In this document: piece by piece, positions 12,201 to 23,302 of the stretch
Numbering within the stretch: the first letter of the stretch is position 1
Layout: each line of letters begins with the position of its first letter
Source of the DNA: Lepidodermella squamata
Lineage: Eukaryota; Animalia; Gastrotricha
Reading direction: 5' to 3'
DNA length: 64,000 nucleotides
Assembly: GCA_047495785.1 (NCBI GenBank)
Contig: JBLDXI010000003.1
Coordinates: forward strand, 434,001 to 498,000
Program-made: the position numbers and the translations under genes
Notes under the pieces: generated by a model
Told to the model about the DNA's origin: nothing
Databases searched by the model: none
Seen by the model: the letters and a program-made list of their open reading frames with translations, nothing else

Positions 12201-13159
12201 TGGTTTCAATCGACCAAGTTAATAGTGAAATTTCGCTTTGGGGCTCTCTGCTGGTTCAATGGCCGATAATGTCTTGCGCCGCAGATTACACAGCCCCTGG
12301 CGCTGACGTCACAGAACGAGTAATTCCAGCCGATAAAGCTAATTTCTGGAAGCCGAAAATCATCAAACCTAATTCTACAAATGATGTATACTTCAGCGAT
12401 GCGAACTATGGCGAGAAGGCTACGATAATGTACTACGGAACGCGGCCCAATCGAACGCTGTTTTTCCACTGGGATCGCGTTGGGACTTTCACGTCGTCGT
12501 GTGACTTGGACCTTTCTAAGTTCCCATTCGACTCCCAGACCTGTCAATTCACCTTCCTGTTGGACGAACCAGCCGCTTTTGTTACCATCGGTGGGGTTTA
12601 TGTTCATTCGTATGCTTCTCTTTCGAATGGCATCTGGACCCTGCTGAATGCGCAAGCTAGTTACGGAACTTGCTCATCGCCGTCTCGAACTGGCGCGCCA
12701 GTTTCTTATGGCGATATTACCCTGACTTATAAACGCGATCCGACCTATTTCATTGTTAACCTGTTGATCCCTTGCTATCTGCTGATAGGTCTCGCTCTTG
12801 GTTCTCTTCTAATGGAACCTGAGTTTCCTGATAGGCCTGTTCTTTGTTCCACAGCTATGCTAGCTCTAGTTGTAGCTCAGTCTGATGTTATGGGCAGTGT
12901 TTCTTCAACTGCGAAACAGCTTCTTTTTACCAATTACGTACTCATGCTTTCTGGTATTGTTGCGTCGATCGCTATCTACGAAATTCTTGCCACTACTATT
13001 AGCTTGAGTGAGCGATTCAAGCGCTTGCGCTCTCAGCCTGTAAAAATATTTAAATCGGTTCAAATACCAATTATTCGGGCGATCGATTCGCTGATTTTCG
13101 CCAATGCAGTAGAGGCGCTTTTGATCGCCAACATATACCTAGCAGCTTCATCCATGTAA
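9264..13159 (+). CDS. Cys-loop ligand-gated ion channel subunit with large N-terminal extension, copy 2 (8 exons, ~975 aa)
   Basis: Signal peptide MHRKILFILKTALISAVIAG; exons approx. 9264-9551, 10128-10257, 10313-10563, 10616-10773, 10894-11107, 11158-11281, 11336-11744, 11800-13159; Cys-loop and 4 TM helices in the last exon. Confidence 0.9.
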
Positions 13160-14056
13160 TATGCGATTTTGCCGCGTCATACCCTAAGTTTCAGAGCTTA
13201 GTTGTGTATGGTTAATGATCCAACTAGATAGCATAAAAGTTGGCTTAATCACAGTATCTATGATAGCTTGAATTGTTCGAGATTGTTTGGACAGCTTATA
13301 GCGTCATTTTTATAATTCGGCATTTTTTATTTTTATTTTTCTTCATTTTCTACAGCTTTACGGGTTCATCAAATGTTGTCGATTCAGTGATATAATGGCG
13401 TTCGTAAAACGTCTAGCCATCGTCACACATTTTCAGCGTTATAAATCAATATTTCCATTTTGTCTTTTTTAAAGTAACCATATTTTCGATACATTTTTTT
13501 CGGTTCAACATTTGAAAGTGAATGAACAATTTCTGTTGTGTTGTTTACGATTTCTTTACCACTCTTTTCGGAAAATGTGATGGTAAGTAATACGATAAGA
13601 TTTCAAATTAATTCCATAGCAAACGTTTGATCTTATATCATCAATACCTAATGCTAATTTTCATTTCTAATTAAGTCTCTTTGAAGTATTTGATTATCAA
13701 CGGAAAGGAAGAAGGGATAGAAATGTCTTCTTTTTTCTTTCACGGGCCGGGCAGGGATGTATTAACTGACGGGCGGAGTCGGGCGCCGATTTCTTCGACC
13801 CATGGACAACTCTGCCGTATTCCCCACTTCGAAATGCCTTTGACAGAAAGGTCATGGAAGGTTCGAGCTTTTCAGAGCATATTTCGCGAAATTTAGCTTT
13901 TCTATCGGATAGCTTTTCTGACTGCGGAATCACTTCTGTTTGAAAGATTTAGGAAGTAGTCCAACCTGGAGAGCCTTTTAGAAGCTGATCATATCAATTT
14001 ATAGACTTTATTTAAGTGTTGATGTGAGGTTATTAATTATCTCCCTCAAAAAATTG

Positions 14057-14701
14057 CAGGGGTTCTCAAACTTTTTTGCGGCGGTGCCCCACTATTAAAA
14101 ACGCAGATATCTCTTTTTCTTTGCAGTTAACTGTTAACTTGATTTTTTTCGGTTCGAGTAGGTATTTCGTATTTCACACTCATTTGAACAAAGCGCAACA
14201 AAAAATAACTGAAAAGTAAGAATGAATCCAGGTAAGCTTTCAAAAGTGGCATGTCAGAATCAATCGACGTCTTCACCACGGGTTCGATCTTTGAGCGTGA
14301 GCATTCCTAAAAAGCGTGTTTTGACTTCGATTTGACCAGTAGCTTCGGTGATTTGAGATGAAGTTGCCCACATCACAACTTGTTCAAACTCAGTAACATC
14401 GCACGATCCATCCAGGCTGAATGGCCAGGCAGCGCACTTTCTGATAGCCGTGACATCTTCAGTAAATCTGAAATCTGAAATGTCTCTGACACGACGATTA
14501 TTATGCTGTCACTGGCAGGCATCGCTTCGATTCGAGATATGATCGCTGGCTTGTGTTGAAATCCATCGAACAAAGTAGGAGCAATCTCAAGAAAACTGGA
14601 AACGGACAAAAATGGGCCGGCGTGCCCCAAGTCGCACGCATTCCCCGTCGGCCCTTCAAAATGCCCCAAGTCGCACGCGTGCCCCAGTTTGAGAACCCCT
14701 G
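14057..14701 (-). mobile_element. Deleted hAT (Charlie/Buster-like) element
   Basis: 16-bp TIRs caggggttctcaaact / agtttgagaacccctg, 8-bp TSD aaaaattg/aataattg, internal minus-strand remnant RFLGMLTLKDRTRGEDV resembling GTF2IRD2/Buster-type transposases. Confidence 0.8.
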
Positions 14702-14932
14702 AATAATTGCCCGATTTCTTTCACTATTTTTTCGAGTTCAGAACAAATAATAGCCTTGCTTATTATTTCATGAGAATCGTTGTGAGGCATATATCCACGT
14801 TTCCTGCTCAGCCAACTTTTGCGCCAAAAACTTTGCATTTCAACCCAGCCGTTCAGTCAAGATGAAGAAACTTTACGAGCACGACAAGATAAACCCTTCA
14901 TTATGCGACGGTTAGTTAGTAAGTTATGACGG

Positions 14933-15649
14933 TCAGCACTTATTAACCGCAATTAATGCTTGTACATTTATCAGAATGAAATTTTTCTTCAAACATTTTA
15001 CTTGAACATCAGCTCGTGTAATGGGCTCGCCTTCGAACTCTGAGCATGGCACTTGAATATGCGCGAGTTCACTGGGTATCGACACCGTGCGCAGCCTTCT
15101 CGTCACAGTAATCGATTGGTTCGCGGTGAATCTCGCTCCATTCCCCAGGAAAATGTCTGCCGTAATGGTGTAGGTTGACCGGAATATTTTTCGTTTCGTC
15201 AAATATTCACTGAATATGCCGAATCGCGGCAAGAAACAACAATCCGCAGCAAATTGTGATGTTCCGACTAAATTCAGTCACATTGAATTTGACCTGCCGT
15301 CCACGTAGTAGCCTGAAAACTTCATTGGAGATGAACCGCTAAGAAGAAGCTTTTTGGAAATACCTGAGAATTCTTTCCTAGCAACTCCGACAAGGTTTGT
15401 CCAGCTTCTATCGTTCGTAGTTATTCCTATCATTCCGATCAACGGAACGTCATGTACCTCTGCAGCAGCAGCGTTTGCGTCGTAGTTTCCTTCAGGTGGG
15501 TGGAGACCCCCAGGGCGATAGCTTATCTGGCGCGTTTCGGGGAAATCGAAAATGATCAATTGAATGGCGGGATTCGCTGTTCGAAGTGAATCAACTAGAA
15601 TGCCAACGTGGTTGTTATTGCTTCTTCCCTCATCTTCTATATATTCCAT
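14933..15649 (-). CDS. Possible multi-exon gene of unknown function
   Basis: Two adjacent same-strand ORFs with protein-like composition separated by an intron-sized gap; no family recognised. Confidence 0.3.
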
Positions 15650-18642
15650 GTCTCCTGAAGCAGCACAACGTCGAATTGGCGGGCGTCGAACAGCGCTGAA
15701 TGGCAGTAGGCAAAAAACTTGCTAAAATTTGGATTTTAGGGGTCTAAAAGCACGCTTGAAAGCAGACCTCTGCGTGGCTCCGATTGCCCAATTTTCACAG
15801 GTTACTTGGAAGCCGATTTAGAGTAGTGTCCCATTTAGCCATTTGGCATAATAGATAGTAAGTCGACGAATTCTGAAAAATTATCACTTGACGCAGTCGA
15901 ATACGGCTAAAAGAATCTCTGAATCTAATGATGTTCAATGTTCAATGATTTCATTTTTAGTTTTCCACACAATCAAGCTCAACTTTGTGAAACGGATCCA
16001 CATTATAAGATGCAAGATGAAATTGCAGGCAAACTAACTGTGGCGACGCCGTGTGGAACAGATGAAGACTCGCCAATGATAGCCAAGCATAAAGATCGCG
16101 ACGGCGAAGTGGTAAGAACTCGAACCAAGGCGTGCTGCAGCCTGGACACATCCCCGAGGTGCAGAATGATGCATTGTAAAATTGGCTCTACTTTGATTTG
16201 AACGGCGCCTCAAGAATGTGGTTTAGTAACTGCTGCGTTTGAGCCGACAACGATTCACCTGGCCTCAGCTGGGAGTCCTTCGATAGTAATGGATTAGTCG
16301 GATCGGTCAAGTTAAGTAGTTAGGAGAAATTGAATTCATGAAATCTAAAATGCAATTTTCAAATTGCTGATTTTCCAAGCATTAATAAACATTTCACCCA
16401 CAACGAACTTTTGCTATAATCATTTTAGAAAACTGAATGAACTCCTAGTGTTTGAAAAAAATGATAATTGTTTTTTTTGCAAATGGATTTACAACCCATT
16501 CATAAATCGGTACTACAACACCACTCGATTTTCGAACACCTAGCGAATCTCGGATATTGGATATATTGGATCGATTAAGCAGCCTAATGCGGAAGAAATG
16601 TAAATTACTGAATTTAGAGGGATGATGCCCCGATTCTCCATTTTCCAAAGAATTCATTCATACAATGCCTGCTGTCTGCTAGTTGCTAGTTGAACCACCT
16701 ACGTCTGTGTCTGCAAGAATATCAAAATAGCGGCCACATTCATCATTTTTTGAATGCATTCAAGAAGCCAATTAAGTGCCAACGAAAACAACCAAATGCA
16801 ACTTCTTGACAGCAACGCCGCGGATTCCGACGCCGTGGCACCGAATGTTGAAGTTACTGCTGTCGCTACGCTCAACTGAGTATCAGTTCGAACAATCTGC
16901 ACGCCTCTACTCTCAATCGCTATCAAAGTGAATGAGAAAGCGGCTGAGATGGCAGCTAAATCAGCTGCCGAGACAGCGGCGAGGAATGCAGAATGCATGG
17001 AAAGTTGCCGTTCTTGGGTATGGTTCTTGGGAGCCTGGGAGCAGCTGTTGCTCTAGTCGCGCAAACTGCCGTTAGTCGTTGATTACTTCACATCAGGTTG
17101 AATGAAAGGAGCATTTTCCCGAGCGGATTTCTTACAAGTCCCCTGATTATTTATTATTGATTTGAAAGCTCCTAAAGTTGCGTATTAGAAATCAGTGAAC
17201 CTTGAAGTTCAGTAAATGAGGTTGAAAGTTCGGATTTTAAATTTAGAATAGTGTTGTGTATGCGCTTGAATCAGTTTACTAACTAAAGTACATGACCAAT
17301 CTTTATTTGCCTCGCAATTTTCGAAGAAGTCCGTAACCAGGAGGAATTGTCGTGGGCGGGTTTCACCATCAGATAGATCATGTCTCTGGTAAACTTTTCT
17401 GAAATGTTTGTGACAACGAGAGACAAAACTGGTGACAAAATACTGATGCCGGTTTGAATTTGAAGTTTGCATTTTTGAAAAATAGCGTTTTCCCATCCAA
17501 TATGACAAGAGCTGATCATCGCTCTTGCCATAGGTCAAAAAGAACTGATCTATAATATATGGCTAAGTACTTGAATTCCAATAGAAAACCGATTTGACAG
17601 GTGTCAAATTCCAAAATTAGTCTTTTAATAGGCTAAGTGGTAAATTCACGGTTCTTTTTGCATAAAATTTAGCATTTGACAAAGTTTATTATGGCCAATC
17701 ATACTCCGGTTCCATTTGGTACCGATTTCCCGTAAATCACTTCTGAAGGTATCGATCGGATCGAGCGGATCGGATCAATTTCGATCGATCGATATTCCGA
17801 TCTGATTACCCCTTGATATGGATATCGTTGGATAGAAAATTGTTTATAGATTCGGGAAGGTTCCCTCAATTTCTTTGCCTGATAATTCGTGAATGCGCTA
17901 GAAGCTTCAATAAAACACGTGTCATTAATATAGGACGCCGCGCGTGAATAGGTTAATTGTCTATTCCCACATACGCATCCCTAGTGAAAAAAAATCCTGA
18001 CTTTTTAGGTATTTTAGTGCTATTATAGTGTATAATAGGGTATTTTAGAGGTGCAATAAGGATTTTTTCACTAGGGATGTTTAAATTTTGCCATGGAGAA
18101 ACACATGTTTCTCTATGGTCTATGGTTAGAAATATTTCTCTATGGCTTGAAACTGCCACAAATTTGGGCAGAATTTTGCTCGGATTTGGCCTCAAATAAA
18201 GCACGTGTCATTAATATTGGACGCCACGCGTGAATGAGTTGTCTATTATCAGACCATTTTCAGACATATTCACGCACACGCCCCGGTGTTTTGGCGCGTA
18301 ACTAACAACATCAAATATCATGTGACATTTCAGTTAGCGAATATTATCAAAAGGTGTCCAGCATGATCCAAAATCGGCAGGTGCTCATCTATGAGTTCAC
18401 TCCGCAGTCTCGTATTCGTCTATTATTCATCTGTTAGCTTCATGAAGCCTGTGCGCTGTGCGAACAAAAGTTATAAATTGCCTGGCGTAGGCTTGTTATG
18501 AGCTCATTAGCTAAGATAAATCAGGTAGTTCATCGATTCTCACTTCATTTCGATTTCTATCAGCGGGTAGTACGTGATTCGAAATGAGTGGGATGCCACT
18601 GCCCAGGTTCTAACGACAGTCGGTGCATTTTCTCTCAACAAA

Positions 18643-21600
18643 ATGTTTCGAGACAGCTTTTTCATCATGCACACTGCTCTGATGTCAGCAGTTGCAGCAG
18701 GCTATGATCCATTGCCGGATACAAACTTGCTTCAATTACCAACCGGATTTAGAGGACCGCCGTTTTTTATGTCGCGGTGTTCGTTCGATGGTGAAGACGC
18801 GAATGTCAACATCAATAGCACATTCACACCATTATACGCAGCTCGGAAAGTTGCGAAAGGTTACCAACTAAACAACATGTCTGCCGCGAATTCAACGCCG
18901 AACGAAACCCTTGCTATATTACAAGGACAGGTGGGCTCAGGATGTACAACCTTGGGATTCAACTCTCATTTCCAGACCATCTATGCTTAGTTTGATGAAG
19001 GAATCACTAGAAAGTATTCGAGTTGAGTTTCCTTAGGACAAGGACAAGGTTTTATGTCAGGCCAAATTTCAGGAAAGTCTTACTCCCACATTTACACCTA
19101 GAAACGTAAATTCTTATATTTGGTCGAATTGAGGCTAATAATCCGAAATAGTCTTCGGGATTATGGTCTCAGATTCAGACTTCGGTTCCAATCAGGGTGC
19201 GAGTAATCATCGATGTTCGGTGACAACCGGGACCTCAGCCAGAGGAAGGCTAAAAAACCTACAGGTTGGGTGTTAGAAAAAACCTCAGCTCCCAGATCCT
19301 ACTTCGAAACTGGTTCCGATGTCCAATACCATTTATCGGAGGGATAAAAACCTGATAGCATCAAAAAGCTAGCGATTACTAGTTTCCGTTTGTTGACGAT
19401 TTTTCCTTTGACAGAAAGTGAGCACTGACGGGTTCAACCTGGTAAACTGGCGCATTGAGTATGACGTAGAGCTACGCTACAAAACGGGCGGATCAACCAA
19501 GTCGTGGCTCGGATTCTCTCTTTCATCAGAACGATTCGTGCCAAGTATGCGTTTGGAACGCTTACGCTAACAAAGTTGAAATGCGATTTCTTTCTTAAAG
19601 ATATCTCGGCTGGTTCATCGCATTACGACGTTTTCACGAGATTTGGTTTCGGCTTACTTTCGTTTCTCAAGCTAGAATCGGGCGGCAGTACGGTGATAAC
19701 TTGGAGGCCAGTCATGGACAATGGCCCTCCCACGGCACCGCCTTTCAATGACTCGAAAAACACTGACTCCGTTGACACTAGCTGCGTTATGCCGTCGTCA
19801 GGCGTCGCGAAATTTCGCATGATCTACCAAAGCGTGTTCGACGTCATAACTGTTAGTTTCAAAAAATAGTAACTCATCATACTGATTTTTTATTTACATA
19901 GGTGATGGCTGTTCCAAGTGATGGGGGAGCTTCCTGCTCCACCGTGGTGTACCTCTCTTACTTCGCTGTCTATGTTGGCTACCAAATGTTAGTTGGTACG
20001 CCGATTCCAACATTCTACGCTATTAATGGAGAAGATGGCGATGTTCTCGTAAAGAAAATGCAAGTCAATCTTTTATTTCTTATAACATTCCTCGAAGACC
20101 TGGAACTCCTAGCAACTAGCGTGCAACTCCGCGCGGAAAATCTCAGATTTTCCAGTTTCTGGCCTATTGTTATAACTTTGAGACTCACTGTGTATAGGTA
20201 CATTTGGGGCCTCACGGAAGATAGTCCGTCTCTTCCAGATTTGTACACGCTCGCTTTGCCTGCTAACGTTGGCAAGACGACTCTAGGCGGCTATATCAGC
20301 TACGACTACACGGGTGAGTTCAATCGGACAACCAGGCCAATCTATCCACGTGAGGCAAGCTATACGCTTATAAACAGCACTCAGCAGCCTAGAACATTCA
20401 ACACCCCGGTTATTATTTTCCCATGGAGAATCTCTGTACAATTTGATTGATTGCAGTTCCTATACAAATTCTTCAAAGATTTTCGAATTGAGTTCGACAT
20501 CGACGTGAAATGTAGTCAAAGTAATGCTCAAGCCTGGCTCGGCATGATCTTCAATCTCAAGTCATATGTTCCGGGAATAGGTGAGAGGAAACAAACATCG
20601 ATTTTAGCCATTTGCAAGCGTGATGTTTCCCAGTCAAACTCGGCGGCTCTTCGGAATACAATGGCGTGACTGATCTTATGGGTTTCGGCATCTGGCAGAA
20701 CCTACAAACTAATCGCGGCGAATTTTATGCCGGTTTTTATCCGAGCAAAACATACAACGTCACACTTCCACCCGATGGGTCGATATCACCACTAGGATGT
20801 GGCGATACAGAGCTTTTCGATTCATCTCGCAGTGCCAGCTATCGCATCGTTGTCCAGCAGGTTGACGATTCTGTAAGCGTTGCACTGGCGAAATCGCCCG
20901 CGAATGGATATACAACTTCCTACGACTGCATACAAAACTTCCCGGTTCCAGGATTTCGCAACAGCGCTTTCACCGGTTCTATGCTGTATTCCTTGCATGG
21001 AATAGGGAGTCAAACTGCTGCTATTACCATTCGTAGAATGTATATTTTTGTTAAGAATTATTTACTATGACTGATGGTTTATGCTTTCGTAGATTGGTTT
21101 GGCAGTTGGCTATTGGGGTAGCCCCCACGGTATTTCCTAGAACGACTACGCCCATTTCTAGTACATCATCAGCAACTAGCCATAATTCGACTGCTGAGAA
21201 AATAACTGACTCCGGTTCTACCACTAGCAGTGGGACATCAGCAAGCTCTAGTTATACTTCACAAACCAACCCTGGTTCCACGCCCTCTACGAAGTCAACG
21301 AAGCTATTGACAACTCAGACTAAGAAACCAGCAATTACAAACATTGTAACTGTTGATCCTGAAACAGCTGGGAGTGAAAAAAGTCCAATTCCTGATCCGC
21401 TAGATGGGAATTACGAGCCCTTAGTCCAGTACGAAGACCTGGAAGCATGCCCTTTCCTAAGTGAAAAGCGCAGATCGCCTGAGTTGAATACGACCCTGTA
21501 TCTAACTTTCTCCGTGGAAAAGTTGGTTTCTATCGACCAGGTTAACAGTGAGATTTCGTTGTGGGGCTCTTTGCTGGTGCAATGGCCGATAATGTCTTGC

Positions 21601-22482
21601 GCGGCAGAGTACACAGCCCCAGATGCTGACGTCACAGAGCGAGTCATTCCAGCTAACAAGGCCAATTTCTGGAAACCGAAAATTATCAAACCCAATTCTA
21701 CTAACGATGTCTACTTCAGTGATGTGTATTACGGGGAGAAGGCTACGATCATGTACTACGGAACGCGGCCTAATCGCACGCTATTTTTCCACTGGGATCG
21801 CGTTGGGACTTTCACGTCGTCGTGTGATTTGGACCTTTCGAAGTTCCCCTTCGACTCCCAGACCTGTCAATTTACCTTTCTGTTAGACGAACCGGCTGCT
21901 TTTGTTGCCATCGGTGGGGTTTATGTTCATTCGTATGCCTCTCTTTCGAATGGCATCTGGACCCTGCTGAATGCGCAAGCTACTTATGGTACTTGCTCAT
22001 CGCCATCTCGGACTGGGGCACCGGTTTCCTACGGAACGATTACCCTGACTTACAAACGCGACCCAACCTATTTCATTGTTAATCTATTGATCCCTTGCTA
22101 TCTCCTGATTGGTCTCGCTCTAGGTTCCCTTTTAATGGAACCTGAATTTCCTGATAGGCCTGTTCTTTGTTCCACCGCCATGCTAGCTCTAGTTGTAGCT
22201 CAGTCTGATGTTATGGGCAGTGTTTCCTCAACTTCGAAACAGCTTCTTTTTACCAATTACGTACTCATGCTTTCTGGCATTGTTGCGGCGATTGCTATTT
22301 ACGAAATTTTGGCCACTACTATTATCATGAGTGAGCGATTCAAGTATTTGCGTACTACGCCTGTTAATATCGCAAAGGCGATTCAGATGCCAATTATTCG
22401 AGGCATCGACTCGTTGGTTTTCGCCAATGCACTAGAAGCGCTTTTGATTGCCAACATATATCTAGCAGCTTCATCAATGTAA
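18643..22482 (+). CDS. Cys-loop ligand-gated ion channel subunit with large N-terminal extension, copy 3 (8 exons)
   Basis: Signal peptide MFRDSFFIMHTALMSAVAAG; same exon-intron structure and phases as copy 2; Cys-loop and 4 TM helices in the last exon. Confidence 0.9.
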
Positions 22483-23302
22483 TACGCTGCTGACCTACCG
22501 TGTATACCGAAATATTAGGCAAAAGGCAACACAGAATTATTACGGAGACCGGATTTCAAGTCAGGGGTCGGTCGAGATAATGAATAAGATATGAATGAAC
22601 ATAAGAATATGAATGAACGAAATAGACATCATACGCGCTCTCGCCGCGAGAAGTGCGCTTGATTTCCGGATCTGACGGAGCGACTCACGAAAACGCTGTG
22701 ACGTTATCCGCATTGGGTGCCACTAATCCCAGACGTGTCAATGTTAAAATCCATTGCAGTAAGCGCAAGCATTTTGCCAGTTCTTGAAGCTGGACAGTGT
22801 AATTCGGTATATACGGCATGCATAGGAATGAAGTAGTATCCTCAAGGTGGAGGTACGATTATCGTTCTCGAGATTTTTCGTCTTTACCTTTCGACAGTAT
22901 CCCTTACACCTCGAACTTCGCACACTTTTATGCGCCTTTGTTTCGTTTTGGAGTTTTGGAGCGTAATGGTCAATGGTTAATGTTTAAACTCGATAACGTG
23001 AGAGTTCGTGTTTGACATGATAGCTTTTCTCGATGGCAAATGCGTATTGTTTTTATTTTGCCTATATTATCGTTATGTTGCCTTTTCTGTAGTTTAACAA
23101 GTAGACCCATTGTTGTTGATTCGTTGACATTCACGTGAGAAAAAGGTCGTGTTTTCGTTCGCAATGTTAGCTAGATAAAAATAAATAATTCCTCTTTTTC
23201 TATTTTTTTTATTAGCCGTCATTTGTATAAATTTGAAGATCGATTCAACATTTCATGGGTTAAGGGTTAAGACCAATTTCTAACGAATTCTGCTGCTGCT
23301 TG

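Noticed and set aside
12206-12655. Antisense ORFs over the channel, amidase, GPCR and ankyrin genes
   Set aside because: Shadow frames of real coding sequence with no independent features.
17209-17538. Possible degraded transposase fragment
   Set aside because: Similarity too weak to support by eye; no TIRs found.
17912-18240. ~40-bp direct repeat (cacgtgtcattaatat..gacgcc.cgcgtgaat) flanking ~250 bp
   Set aside because: Too short for LTRs and no coding content; probably a local duplication.
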